Notes: generated by a model from the sequence alone, not told the origin. Counted from the stretch's first letter, positions 20,135 through 32,098 are shown. The stretch: 64,000 bases of DNA from an uncultured delta proteobacterium (GCA_963806225.1 CAWDXG010000004.1:5623250-5687249); one strand, 5' to 3'. A program made the numbers and translations.

Positions 20135-21811
20135 ATGCGTACGTTTGCACGTTTGACTGTCTTGAGCTGCGTCCTGGCTCTCGGATCAAGCTTTGCCGTG
20201 ACCGGTTGCGGTTCTTCGGCTGACAACAACAGCCCGGCTGGCCCGAAAATCCTCTCTGTCCAGCGCACGGTGAGCCCGGAGAACGTGCTCGCCTACACGC
20301 TGACGGTCGACACCGACAAGGAGACGACGATCGCCGTCAAGGTGACGCCGGATGACACGAGCGTCGATCCGTGGACAGTGGACGGCCCAGCCACCGCCGG
20401 CGTGGAAAACGCCGTCGTCATCGCGGGACTGCGCGAGAAGAGCAAGTACGCGCTCGAGATCACGGCGACCGACGCAGGCGGGCGGACGGCTGTTGACGAT
20501 TCGCAATCGATCACGACCGATCCGCTGCCCGCCGACATGCCGCCCATCAAGGTGACGAAGAACGACCCCGCGCGCATGGCGTCCGGCTACACGCTGTTCG
20601 ACATCTTCGGATGGGTCCCCGGAGCTGGAACGGACCTGCAGAGCGGTTGGCTCGTCATGCTGGACGCCGACGGCCAGGTCGTCTGGTACGCGCACACACA
20701 CAACCGCCCGGAAGACTCGCGGCTCATGCCCGACGGGAACATCGGCTACAGCTATGCTGGTCAGGACAACGACGGCTTCATCGAGCTCGACGCGATGAGC
20801 GAGGTCGCGAACCAGTGGGTCGCTTCTGCTCTGCCGAGCACAAAGGTGCCGGACGGTGCGATCAAGGTGGATGTCGACTCGATCCACCACGAGGTGTTTC
20901 CGATGCCGAACGGGAACTACCTCACGCTCGCTCCCGAGATGCGTCAGATCGACCAGACAACCTGCCCGAACTACAGCGGCACGTTGAATGTGGTCGGCGA
21001 CGACATCGTGGAGTTCGACCCCAAGACGGGCGCGATAGTGAACAAGGTCTCGGAGTTCGACTTCCTCGACCCCTGCCGTCGCACGGATCACGGTTTCGAG
21101 GCCGGTTTCTGGAACACCTTGTACGGCGGCATCACGACGCAGGACTGGACGCACAGCAACGCGGTCATCTACGACGCCAAGCGCAAGCTGGTCCTGGTGT
21201 CCGTCCGGCACCAGGACTGGGTTGCCGGTTTGAGCTGGCCGCCGAGCGGCAGCCCGAAGAACGACGTGGCCTGGCTGCTCGGCCCCGAGGGCAACGCTGG
21301 CGACTACGGGACGTACAAGCACTTCACGTCGCAGGGCGCGTCGTTCGACTGGCAGTACCACGAGCATGCGCCGATGATGATGAAGAACGGCGACATCCTG
21401 TTGTTCGACAACGGCAACCTCCGGCCGGGGACGAACTTCGACCCCAACGACGCCCAGGGTGACGCCGATCTGCCGTACAGCCGCGTCGTCCAGTTCCACA
21501 TAGATACGCAGGCGATGACCATCAGCCAGGTCTGGGACTGGAAGGCCCCCGACGGCAACGGCGGCTACCTGTACTGCCCGTTCATCGGCGACGCCGACGA
21601 GCTCGACAACGGCGACGTGCTGGCGACATTCGGCGGCGTGGTGGATCCGCCGAGCGACAAGATCGCGGCGTCCACGGAAAAGAAGTTCGGCCGCATCGTG
21701 GAGCTGGTGCCCGGCTCCAACGACGACATCGTCTACCAGGTCGACGTGAGCGACCCGACGGACAGCTACTCGATCTATCGCGCGGAACGCGTCAAAGGTT
21801 TCCTGCGCTAG
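20135..21811 (+). CDS. Arylsulfotransferase (ASST family) lipoprotein
   Basis: Lipobox VTGC; IHHEV.PMPNGN, DWTHSNA, SVRHQD, YHEHAP, LFDNG, YRAER. Confidence 0.85.
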   Translation: MRTFARLTVLSCVLALGSSFAVTGCGSSADNNSPAGPKILSVQRTVSPENVLAYTLTVDTDKETTIAVKVTPDDTSVDPWTVDGPATAGVENAVVIAGLREKSKYALEITATDAGGRTAVDDSQSITTDPLPADMPPIKVTKNDPARMASGYTLFDIFGWVPGAGTDLQSGWLVMLDADGQVVWYAHTHNRPEDSRLMPDGNIGYSYAGQDNDGFIELDAMSEVANQWVASALPSTKVPDGAIKVDVDSIHHEVFPMPNGNYLTLAPEMRQIDQTTCPNYSGTLNVVGDDIVEFDPKTGAIVNKVSEFDFLDPCRRTDHGFEAGFWNTLYGGITTQDWTHSNAVIYDAKRKLVLVSVRHQDWVAGLSWPPSGSPKNDVAWLLGPEGNAGDYGTYKHFTSQGASFDWQYHEHAPMMMKNGDILLFDNGNLRPGTNFDPNDAQGDADLPYSRVVQFHIDTQAMTISQVWDWKAPDGNGGYLYCPFIGDADELDNGDVLATFGGVVDPPSDKIAASTEKKFGRIVELVPGSNDDIVYQVDVSDPTDSYSIYRAERVKGFLR

Positions 21812-21821
21812 ATCGAGGCGG

Positions 21822-21858
21822 GAACGAAAGGGCGCCGGCGGCCGCACACCGCCGGCGC
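21822..21858 (-). terminator. Hairpin between convergent ASST genes, probable intrinsic terminator
   Basis: GCGCCGGCGG-7nt-CCGCCGGCGC (21832-21858), followed on the minus strand by CCTTTCGTT. Confidence 0.5.
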
Positions 21859-21882
21859 GTCGCCCGCGCCCCCGCCGCGCGG

Positions 21883-23313
21883 TCAGTTGATGACGAAGCC
21901 GCGCTGCTCGGCGATCCGCTGTGCGCGGTAGATGCCCCAGAACTCGGGTGACCGGAACTCCCAGAGCGGTTGTGAGTCCTTCGTCACCTCGACGATGGTC
22001 GACTGCACGCCAGGGTCGCGCTCGCCGAAACAGATGAGCGTGTTGCCGTTCTTGAAGCGCTGCGTGCTGCCCCAGATGGGCGCGAAGATGTCGGGCTTGT
22101 GGCGGAACTGCCAGACGACGTGCGCTTCGCTCGTGCCGGACGGGTCGTACGTGTAGGCGAGCTCCAACCCGCGGCTCCACTCGCGAACGCCGGCGCGGCC
22201 ATTGTCGAACATCAGGATGTGCCCGTTCGGCAGCACCGTCGTGTCGTGCTGGTGGTAGAAGCGGTCCGCGTCCGTGACGGTGAAGTCGCCGTGGAAGCCG
22301 TCCTCCACTTCGCCGTGGTAGCCCATGGTCCAGATCAAGTCGCCCGTGGCGCGGTTGATCTTGAAGATCGAGTTCTGGTTGCGCGACGAGGACAGCAGGA
22401 ACTTGTGGTCCGGGAACAGCGAGACCGCGTTCATGTGCGGCCAGTCCGGAACGTCCTGCGCTGGCGTGTAGTGGTCGCACAGGTGCCAGGTCCAGACGTT
22501 CGTCTTCTGGACCGAGTCCCATTCGACGATGTCGTCCCCCGGGTTGGTCAGACCGGAGCAGTACGACGTGGACAGCGTGTAGAACTCGTTCGGCGTCTCG
22601 GCAGCGCGCGCCTCGTGGTGGAAGTACGGCGGTGGATTCGGGTCGTCCGCCCACACCAGCTCGCCCTGCCAGGTGACGTACGACAGCGGAATGCCGCGCC
22701 CGCCGATCAGCACGCCGTCCTTGTACTGCGAGACCGGCGTGTCGTTGCCGGGGACGTTGCCAGGGTACTGGTAGTACCAGCGGAAGCGGCCTTCGGGGTC
22801 GATCAGTGCCGTGATGTAGGGGGTGACCGTTCTCTCGTTGGAGAGGTTGACGAGCGTCCAGCCGGGAGCAACGGTGCCTGCCTTGGCCGGCACGGTCAGC
22901 TCGATGGGGGGCAGGTAGCTCGGCAGCTTGCTGACCTTGATGGTCGTCTTGTAGGTGGCAGTGCCGCCGTCCGCCGATTTCGCCTTGGCGGTCAGTGTGC
23001 ACTTGGCGCCCGTGACCAGCCCCATCAAGAATACGTGATGGCTGCTGGCAGCGGTCGAGTCGGAGAGGGTCCACGGCTCGAGCCCGCTGCAGCGGACATC
23101 CAGCGCGGTGTCGGCGTCGCGCGATGTCTTCCACGACACGTCGTAGGCGAGCACGTTACTGGGCGATTCGACGGCCGCCAGATGCGAGATGGTGAGCCCG
23201 CCTGTCGACGTGCTGAGCGCGGGTTTATCCTTCGAGCTGGAACAGCCCGAGAGCAAGAGGAGAGCGCATGCGGAGGCGAGACCTACCCGCCGGCGACCAA
23301 GTGACAAGCTCAT
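21883..23313 (-). CDS. Arylsulfotransferase (ASST family) lipoprotein
   Basis: Lipobox LSGC; FHHE, DWPHMNA, SSRNQN, FYHQHD, MFDNG, YRAQR. Confidence 0.85.
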   Translation of the reverse strand: MSLSLGRRRVGLASACALLLLSGCSSSKDKPALSTSTGGLTISHLAAVESPSNVLAYDVSWKTSRDADTALDVRCSGLEPWTLSDSTAASSHHVFLMGLVTGAKCTLTAKAKSADGGTATYKTTIKVSKLPSYLPPIELTVPAKAGTVAPGWTLVNLSNERTVTPYITALIDPEGRFRWYYQYPGNVPGNDTPVSQYKDGVLIGGRGIPLSYVTWQGELVWADDPNPPPYFHHEARAAETPNEFYTLSTSYCSGLTNPGDDIVEWDSVQKTNVWTWHLCDHYTPAQDVPDWPHMNAVSLFPDHKFLLSSSRNQNSIFKINRATGDLIWTMGYHGEVEDGFHGDFTVTDADRFYHQHDTTVLPNGHILMFDNGRAGVREWSRGLELAYTYDPSGTSEAHVVWQFRHKPDIFAPIWGSTQRFKNGNTLICFGERDPGVQSTIVEVTKDSQPLWEFRSPEFWGIYRAQRIAEQRGFVIN

Positions 23314-23420
23314 TGCAGCTCCATGAACAGCGCGGAATTGTTCAGGGAACGTAGGCTACCAGCCAAGTGCCCACAGTCAACTCGATGCGGGCGCGACCGC
23401 GCCGCGCCCCCCGTGGGCCG

Positions 23421-23510
<90 letters not shown>

Positions 23511-23626
23511 ATCGGATCCTGGCCTGTCCTCGTCCGCTCGAGCTGGCGGCGCCGGCTCGAGGGGTCTCGGGCATGTGCACTCGTTCTGCCCGTTCAGCGG
23601 GCGGGCGAGGGCACGGGCCGGGCTCC

Positions 23627-23716
<90 letters not shown>

Positions 23717-23831
23717 GCGGCGGAATTTGGCAGGGGGTCTGCATCGTGTCAACGGCACTCGGACGCCCCTCGATGCGCCCCAGCACGAATTTCGTCCCGG
23801 TCGGGCCGCAAGGTCGAATAGGTTCAAGTCG

Positions 23832-24440
23832 ATGGGTCCACGGGGTTCCTACAAGAAGAGCGAGACCAGCCGGAAGCAGGTCATCGAGGCCGCGGTGACC
23901 GCCCTGGCCGAGCGCGGCTATGCGCGCACCAGTGTGAGTGACATCGCGTCCGCGGCCGGCATGAGCAAGGGCGCCGTCCACTACCACTTCGAGAGCAAGG
24001 ACGACCTCATCGCACAGGTACTGGATCGCTGCGCGGCCATGATGCGCGAGCGCGTGCGGCAGGCCTGGGACGCGCCTGGCGAGCCGATGGAGAGAGTCCG
24101 GCGGGCGCTCGGCGCGATGCGCGCGATGCGCAAAGAGGGTGGCCCGGAGCTCAGGGTGCTGGCCGACCTGATGGCGCAGGGCATCCACGATCCGAAGCTG
24201 CAGGCGCCGCTGGCCGCCATGTTCGAGGCCAACCGCAAGGAAGTCCTCGAGCACGTGGTGCAGAGCCTCGAGCAGTTCGGGCTCAAGCCCCGGGTCCCCG
24301 CCCATGTGATCCCCAGGCTGCTGCTGGGCGCCCTCGACGGCCTAGCGCTCCACGACTTTTTCGATCCGCCGGCTGCCGAAGACGACGACACCATCGAAAA
24401 GGCGCTCGAGACCATCGCGGTGATGCTGTTCGAGGGCTGA
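23832..24440 (+). CDS. TetR/AcrR family transcriptional regulator
   Basis: GY..TSVSDIASAAGMSKGAVHYHFESKDDL helix-turn-helix. Confidence 0.92.
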   Translation: MGPRGSYKKSETSRKQVIEAAVTALAERGYARTSVSDIASAAGMSKGAVHYHFESKDDLIAQVLDRCAAMMRERVRQAWDAPGEPMERVRRALGAMRAMRKEGGPELRVLADLMAQGIHDPKLQAPLAAMFEANRKEVLEHVVQSLEQFGLKPRVPAHVIPRLLLGALDGLALHDFFDPPAAEDDDTIEKALETIAVMLFEG

Positions 24441-24486
24441 GACGGCCCCGCGGACGCCCGGTCCGGAAGAACCCACCAGCCCGGTC

Positions 24487-24515
24487 TTGACACACTGCGT
24501 AATAGACCTTACTAA
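24487..24515 (+). promoter_or_regulatory. Possible sigma70 promoter
   Basis: TTGACA-N17-TACTAA in an AT-rich patch; the -10 match is weak. Confidence 0.4.
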
Positions 24516-24551
24516 AACATTCTGTACGGCCAGATTGTCTGGGGGTGCACG

Positions 24552-24824
24552 ATGTTCAGCAATCTTTTCATGTATTTCGGGCCCATGTGGTCGGCGGCGC
24601 TGCTGCTCGCGGTGGTGATCCTCCCGTTCTGCTTCGCCCTCGTGGAGACCGTGCGGCTCGCACATCCCGGCGCCCGTCGGCCCTGCATTCCGATGGTCCG
24701 GCTCTACCGGCTGCGTCAGCGGCTCGTCGACTCGTTCGCGACCGCCCAGGGCAGCGGCGTGGACCTGGGGCGTCGCCTGCTCAGAGCGTCCGCGTCGGTG
24801 GGGCGCGGCGCACGCCGCCGCTAG
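24552..24824 (+). CDS. Small single-pass membrane protein
   Basis: 90 aa, N-terminal hydrophobic helix, downstream of the putative promoter. Confidence 0.45.
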   Translation: MFSNLFMYFGPMWSAALLLAVVILPFCFALVETVRLAHPGARRPCIPMVRLYRLRQRLVDSFATAQGSGVDLGRRLLRASASVGRGARRR

Positions 24825-24921
24825 CTCCAGCGCCACTGCACGGCTTCAGTGTAGCGGTCGGCGCGGCAGGAAGGTGCAGCGCGCGATTGCACACGCACCG
24901 GCCACGGGCGATAGTCCGCGC

Positions 24922-26201
24922 ATGCGTCGTCATCGTTCTCTCGCTTCGCTCGTCGCCCTCGCAACTTCCATGTTCGCGCTCGCCGCGGCGGCACAGACCA
25001 ACGACAAGCCGTCCAGCCCTGCCGCGGCTCCGGACAAGTCGGCAGACACGGGCAGCAAGCCGGACGCCAAGCAGGCCGACGACGGCAAGGCCAAGGCCGA
25101 CGAGAAGAAGCCTGACGAGAAGAAGGCCGACGAGAAGAAGGCCGACGAGAAGAAGGCCGACGCCAACGCTGACCAGAAGAAGCCGGAAGACAAGAAGCCT
25201 GGCGACGCCAAGCCCGGCGAAGCCAGCCCCGGCGAAGCCAGCCCGGCGAAGCCAAGCCCGGCGAAGCCAAGCCCGGCGAAGCCAAGCCCGGCGAGAGCGC
25301 GCCTGCGAACAACGGAAGCGCACCGGCTGGTGCGAATGCCGCGGCGCCCGGTGCGCCGGCCGCCGCTGCTCCGGCGGCGCCCGCCGCCCCTGCAGCTCCG
25401 CCCGCTGCCGCGGCTCCGGCGGCTCCCGCCGCGCCGCCGCCCGCAGCGGCTCCAGCGCCGCAGCCCGCTCCCGCTGCCGCGGCAACAGGCCCGGCAAGCG
25501 CGTCGCCCACGGCGGATCAGGGTGCGGGCGCAGGCGCCGGCGCGGAGAAGCCGAAGCCTCCTCCGGAGAAGACGTTCGGCATCGAAGTCGACGCCGGTAC
25601 CAACGCGCGGCTCGATGGAGCTACCCCGGGCTATTCGAATCACGAGTCCGTCGACCTGACCTACGGTGGCGGGTTGTGGCTGGCTCCGAGCCGCCTCTAC
25701 TCGCTCGGTCTCTCGTTCCAGCGCGCCGGCATTGGCAGCGAGACCAGCGCGCCCACGGGCAACAGCGTGGCGGTCACGCGCGATCTCAACACGCTGTGGC
25801 TGGGTGGGCGCGTCTATCCGCTCCGCGGCGACAAGGCCGGCCTGTACATCAGGCTGAACCTCGGCGCGTCGTGGCAGCACGTCAACGCGAGCGGCACGAC
25901 CATCACCGGTCAGTACGTCGCGACGGCCAAGCCCTTCGCGTGCTCCGCGTCGCAGGGTCCCGGCTTCGCGATCGGCGGCGGCGTCGGCGGCGATATCGAT
26001 CTCGACAGCCATCTGGCGTTCATCGCCGACGCTGGATTCAGCGCGCACCGACTGAGCAGCGACCCGGTCGGCGGCTGCGCGCCGGGCTCCGGCTCGGTGA
26101 CGAACCTCGCCGCGCGCATCGGCTTCATGTACCGCTTCGACCTGGGCGGCTCGTCCAGCAAGGCCACCGCCTCGTCGCAGCACGTCGTCGAGCGCTTCTA
26201 G
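24922..26201 (+). pseudogene. Outer-membrane beta-barrel protein with low-complexity N-terminus; frameshift at ~25240 (real or sequencing error)
   Basis: Signal peptide and DEKKA/GEAKP repeats in frame 1; Pro/Ala linker and beta-barrel (...RIGFMYRFDL) in frame 3. One 15-bp repeat unit is 14 bp. Confidence 0.75.
25201..25289 (+). repeat. Six tandem 15-bp units GGCGAAGCCAAGCCC (GEAKP)
   Basis: Read directly; the third unit (25231-25244) lacks one base. Confidence 0.9.
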
Positions 26202-26234
26202 CGCGCTCTCGCTCGCCGGGCTCGCGCCCGCAAA

Positions 26235-27719
<1,485 letters not shown>

Positions 27720-27811
27720 TCACGACTCGAACGCCGCGAAGCGGGCCCGTTTTTCTGTATCCCGGCACGCCGGCTTGCGCTGCGCCCGGAGCGCCCGTAA
27801 GGGGTTGTCTC

Positions 27812-28786
27812 GTGGAGAATCCGCTCCCGGTCAGTGTCCCGGCCGGTGGCCACGCGGGCCATGGTCATGGGGATCACGGTCACGCTCACGGCCATCCCGG
27901 CGCAGCTCCCGCACGCGTGCTGCGGGTCGCGCTGGTCCTCACCGCAAGCTTCATGGTGGTGGAAGCGGTAGTCGGCGTGTGGAGCGGAAGCCTGGCGCTG
28001 CTGGCCGATGCGGGACACATGCTCGCCGACGCCGGCGCCCTGGCGCTTGCCCTGGTCGCCCAGCGCTTTGCAGGCCGCCCGCGGACCCCGCGCAGCACGT
28101 TCGGCTTCCGGCGGGCGGAAGTGCTTGCGGCTTTCATCAACGGCGTTGCTCTCGCGCTGACGGCCGTGTGGGTCATCGTCGAGGCCATCGAGCGCTGGGT
28201 CGCGCCGCACGCCATCCGTGGCGTCGGCATGCTGGCCACCGCGGTGGTCGGGCTCCTGATCAACGCCGTCGTCGCTGCCGTGTTGATGGGCGCACAGAAG
28301 GACAGCCTGAACGTCCGCGCCGCGTTCGTGCACGTGCTCACCGACGCGCTCGGCTCGGTCGCCGCGATCCTCGCCGGTCTGGCGGTTGTACTCCTGGGCT
28401 GGGTGCGCGCCGATCCCGCGCTGAGCGTGCTGATCGCGCTGCTGGTCGCCTACAGCGGCTGGCGGGTGCTGCGCGAGACCACGGCCATCCTGCTCGAGGC
28501 CGCGCCGGCCGATCTCGACGTGCCGGCCATCGAGCGCTCCATCCTCGCGTGCGCGGGTGTGGCTGCGCTGCACGACCTGCACGTGTGGCGGATCTCGGAT
28601 CGCTTCGACGCGCTCACAGTGCATGTCACGTTGGAGCGAGGCGCACACGGCGTCGACGTGTGCCGTAGCGTGGCCGACCAGCTCAGAGCTGCTCACGGGC
28701 TCGACCACGTCACGGTCCAGCCCGAGGCGCCGCCCCCGGACGAGCTGGTCAGCGTCCGCTCGAGCCGCGACGGCCGCGCGCTGTAG
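27812..28786 (+). CDS. Cation diffusion facilitator (CzcD/ZitB-like Zn/Co/Cd exporter)
   Basis: His-rich N-terminus, SLALLADAGHMLAD, HVLTD, HDLHVW, HVTVQPE. Confidence 0.92.
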   Translation: MENPLPVSVPAGGHAGHGHGDHGHAHGHPGAAPARVLRVALVLTASFMVVEAVVGVWSGSLALLADAGHMLADAGALALALVAQRFAGRPRTPRSTFGFRRAEVLAAFINGVALALTAVWVIVEAIERWVAPHAIRGVGMLATAVVGLLINAVVAAVLMGAQKDSLNVRAAFVHVLTDALGSVAAILAGLAVVLLGWVRADPALSVLIALLVAYSGWRVLRETTAILLEAAPADLDVPAIERSILACAGVAALHDLHVWRISDRFDALTVHVTLERGAHGVDVCRSVADQLRAAHGLDHVTVQPEAPPPDELVSVRSSRDGRAL

Positions 28787-28898
28787 GGCGGCCCGGCCCC
28801 GGGCGGGCCGAGCGGCCGGTCCCGCGGGGCCCCGGATCAACATCCGCCCCGAGCGCGCATGATCCCCCGCCGCGGCCCCGTGTTACGCTGCTCAGCCG

Positions 28899-29300
28899 AT
28901 GATCAAATCGGACGAGGATCTCGAGGTCTTTCTGAACAAGCTCGAGCGTCGGTTCGAGCGGCTCGAAGACGGCACCTTCCTGGTGGGCATGGGGGCGGGC
29001 CAGCCGCCGGTCGCGGTGCGCCTGGCGCCGCCGGTGGTCGTCGTGCACGTGGCGATTGGCGAGGCGCCGAAAGGTGACGCCGAGCGCGAAGCCCGGGTGT
29101 TCCGCCGGCTCCTCGAGCTCAACGGCACTGACCTCCTGCACGCCTTCTACGCTCTCGAAGACGGTCACATCATGTTGAGCGCAGCGCTCGAGAACGAGAC
29201 GCTCGACCTCAACGAGCTGGAGGCCGTTTTCGCGGACCTGGACCTGGCGTTGGCCGAGCACGTGTCCTCGCTCCGCGGGATGGTACAGAACAAGGCCTGA
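28899..29300 (+). CDS. CesT/YbjN-like chaperone-fold protein
   Basis: Small acidic protein with RRLLELN motif and C-terminal amphipathic helix. Confidence 0.7.
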   Translation: MIKSDEDLEVFLNKLERRFERLEDGTFLVGMGAGQPPVAVRLAPPVVVVHVAIGEAPKGDAEREARVFRRLLELNGTDLLHAFYALEDGHIMLSAALENETLDLNELEAVFADLDLALAEHVSSLRGMVQNKA

Positions 29301-29305
29301 TAGTC

Positions 29306-30142
29306 ATGGGAATCTTCGCGCGCCTGGCACGGCTCATCAAATCCAACATCAACGATCTCATCAGCCGCTCCGAGGATCCGGAGAAGATGCTGAACCAGAT
29401 CGTGATCGACATGAGTGCTCAGCTCATCGAAGCGAAGAAGCAGGTCGCCTCTTCGATCGCCGACGAGAAGCGCCTGGCCAAGCAGGCCGAACAGGAAGCG
29501 GCGACCGCGGCCGAATGGGAGCGGCGCGCGATGATGGCCGTGCGCGCGAGCGACGACAACCTCGCCAAGGAGGCGCTGGCCCGCAAGAAGGAACACGCTC
29601 AGCTAGCGCAGCAGTTCCAGGAGCAGTGGCAGAAGCAGAAGGCATCGGTCGACCAGCTCAAGCTCGCACTGCGCGCGCTCAACTCGAAGATCGAGGAGGC
29701 GAAACGGAAGAAGAACCTGCTCATCGCGCGCAAGAAGCGTGCGGAGGCCCAGAAGGCCATCCAGGAGACGATGAGCGGTCTGAAGAACGCGAGCGCGTTC
29801 GAGGCATTCGACCAGATGGCGGGCCGCATCGAGCAGATGGAGGCCGAGGCGGAGGCGGGCGCGGAGCTGGCGGAGGAGTACTCGGGCGACGTGCTGGCGA
29901 ACAAGTTCGAGCAGCTCGAGGTCACGACTGGCGCGGAAGAGGACCTCACCGCGCTCAAGCGCAAGATGGGCGTGCTACCGCAGGAACCCGAGCCCGCTGC
30001 GGCCGAGGAAAAGCCCGTACGGGTCGAGGAAAAGGCCGCGGAAGAGTTCGAACAGCTCGACCAGGCCGAGCAGGACGAGCTGGCCCAGGCTCTGGCCGAG
30101 CTCGAGGCGCAGGAACAGCAGGAACTCCGGGTCAAGCGCTAG
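29306..30142 (+). CDS. pspA: PspA/IM30 family protein
   Basis: MGIFARL..LIKSNIN......EDPEKMLNQ...DM, WERRA..A, long coiled coil. Confidence 0.92.
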   Translation: MGIFARLARLIKSNINDLISRSEDPEKMLNQIVIDMSAQLIEAKKQVASSIADEKRLAKQAEQEAATAAEWERRAMMAVRASDDNLAKEALARKKEHAQLAQQFQEQWQKQKASVDQLKLALRALNSKIEEAKRKKNLLIARKKRAEAQKAIQETMSGLKNASAFEAFDQMAGRIEQMEAEAEAGAELAEEYSGDVLANKFEQLEVTTGAEEDLTALKRKMGVLPQEPEPAAAEEKPVRVEEKAAEEFEQLDQAEQDELAQALAELEAQEQQELRVKR

Positions 30143-30148
30143 CTCAAG

Positions 30149-32074
30149 ATGAAGCGTCTCGACATCTGGTCAGGTCTTGTCGTAATCGGCGGGCTCATGG
30201 CCGCTCCCGCTGTCGCGTCCGCAGCGGGGCGCACCCTCCAGCCGCAGGCCATGAGTGGCGTGCACATCGACGGCCTGTTGCGCGAATGGGGTGGGCGTAT
30301 GACGCCGCTCGACACGAGGCTACGCGGCGGGGGCGGCGCCCCGCGCGTCTCGACGGAAGTCGGTTTCGACGACCAGAACCTCTATGTCGCGCTCCGCATC
30401 CACGACAATCGCATCGTGCGTACCCGTGCGGCGAGCGGCGGCGAGGACCACGCCACCCTGTTCCTCGCGTTACCGCGCGGCCGTGGCTACGCGACGCATC
30501 AGGTGCAGATCTTCCCGGGCAACCCCGGAAAGGTAGCGGGCGTCGTCAAGATGGGCGGGCGCAAGGTGCCCGGAGCGCTGGCCGTCGAGGCACCGATCAA
30601 GGGCGGCCTCGACGTTGAGGCGAAGATCCCGTGGTCCACTTTCCGCGAGGCGCGGCGGGTGCGCGTGGGGATGCGCGCGGCTATCGAGTACAGCGACGCC
30701 GATTCGCCGGGCGCCATCAAGGCCATCGTCGGCACAAGCGGCGGCCGCTCGGGGCGGAGCCTGCCGCCGATGCGACTGGAAGGGGAGCAGGGGCTGTACG
30801 ACAACCTGGTTCACGCGCGGTCGCTGCCGAGCGAGCCTGCGCGCGCGGCCTACGGCAACGTCGCCGGCGACGGCATGCTCGAGCGCGTCGCCATCTATGG
30901 CAGCTTCCTCACGATCGTCGGGCCGCACTACCGGGGCGGCAAGCAGTTCTACTTCGGCGATCTCGGCGTTGCGGGCCCGAGCGGTGTCAAGCGCTTCGAG
31001 CTCGAGGACCTCGACGGCGACGGTCGCGACGAGATCGTGATCCAGAAGAACGTGGGCACCAGCGACAAGTATCGCGGCGTGTTCGAGGTCTTCAAGGTGG
31101 GTCGGGACGACAGCCCGTTCCAGGCGTTCGCGCACGAGGTGGCGATCGTGACGCCCGAGGGCCGCATCGAGAACAGCGTGCGGCTCGAGAAGAAGGGCAG
31201 GGGCTACGCCATCCAGATCTCGCAGGACAAGGCGGAAGGGTTCGACCCCGGCACCTACAAGGAGCCGACCAGCGACGACATGCCGTCGGCGCTTCTGCCG
31301 TGGCAGACGGTCGGTAGCCAGACCTACACATGGAACGGTAGCAAGTTCGTCAAGTCCGGCGAGACGACCCACACGCCGCACGCCTCGAGCTCGCGCTCGC
31401 ACAAGAAGGCGGCGGGGCCGCCGCCGCCGCCCGCACCGCGCCCGCCCACGTCGGACGAGCTGCTCGACCGCGTGTACGCCCTGTATCGCAAGGAGCGACA
31501 CATGGGGCGCGCGAAGCCGCGCTTCGACTTCGTGACGGACGTGATCGGCGACCGGCGTACCGAGCGCGTGCTGGTGCACAAGAAGGACATCGTCGTCTTC
31601 GGAAAGGGATTCCGCGGCGGCACCAGCTACGCCTACATCACGATAGGCGTGGCCGATCCGAAGGACATCCTCGACGTGACGGCGCGCGATCTCACCGGCG
31701 ACGGCAAGGCCGAGATCGTCGTGCGGGGCGTCCTGCACGCCAAGGCGAGCAAAGAGCTCGGCGGCGACGTGGTCGAGCGCGACGCTCTGTTCGTCTACAA
31801 GGTCACCGACGGCGGCATCCACCGCATCTTCGCGGCCGAGACGGGGCGGGCCCTCGGCGACGATCGCATCATCGGCACCGTGGCGTTCAGGCCGGCCCAG
31901 CAGGGGCTGTCGATCGTGCTCGGTCCGGGGCGCGCGGTCGGGTGGACCGAGAAGGACTATCCGTTCCCGGTGGATACCACGGCCGCGGGCGGCCTCGAGC
32001 CTCTGGCTCTACCCTGGAGCGGCAGCTCCCCGCGCAGCTACCAGTACGACGGCTCCGCGTACGCGGCGCGGTAG
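30149..32074 (+). CDS. Secreted protein with CBM9-like domain and FG-GAP/Ca-binding motifs
   Basis: Signal peptide; IDG.L.EW, FDDQNLYVA; DLDGDGRDEIV and DLTGDGKAEIV. Confidence 0.65.
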   Translation: MKRLDIWSGLVVIGGLMAAPAVASAAGRTLQPQAMSGVHIDGLLREWGGRMTPLDTRLRGGGGAPRVSTEVGFDDQNLYVALRIHDNRIVRTRAASGGEDHATLFLALPRGRGYATHQVQIFPGNPGKVAGVVKMGGRKVPGALAVEAPIKGGLDVEAKIPWSTFREARRVRVGMRAAIEYSDADSPGAIKAIVGTSGGRSGRSLPPMRLEGEQGLYDNLVHARSLPSEPARAAYGNVAGDGMLERVAIYGSFLTIVGPHYRGGKQFYFGDLGVAGPSGVKRFELEDLDGDGRDEIVIQKNVGTSDKYRGVFEVFKVGRDDSPFQAFAHEVAIVTPEGRIENSVRLEKKGRGYAIQISQDKAEGFDPGTYKEPTSDDMPSALLPWQTVGSQTYTWNGSKFVKSGETTHTPHASSSRSHKKAAGPPPPPAPRPPTSDELLDRVYALYRKERHMGRAKPRFDFVTDVIGDRRTERVLVHKKDIVVFGKGFRGGTSYAYITIGVADPKDILDVTARDLTGDGKAEIVVRGVLHAKASKELGGDVVERDALFVYKVTDGGIHRIFAAETGRALGDDRIIGTVAFRPAQQGLSIVLGPGRAVGWTEKDYPFPVDTTAAGGLEPLALPWSGSSPRSYQYDGSAYAAR

Positions 32075-32098
32075 CCCCCCCGCCTCCGCTCGGGCAAT

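Noticed and set aside
20186..23134. 982-aa minus-strand ORF and similar long Arg/Ala-rich ORFs (e.g. 49224-51734, 37925-40183)
   Set aside because: Shadow frames of real genes, expected at high GC; no recognisable motifs.
23537..23561. CTCGAGC...GCTCGAG hairpin between the tRNAs as an ncRNA
   Set aside because: Short GC-rich spacer hairpin with no family features.
28899..29300. Type III secretion system
   Set aside because: Only a chaperone-fold gene; no injectisome genes.
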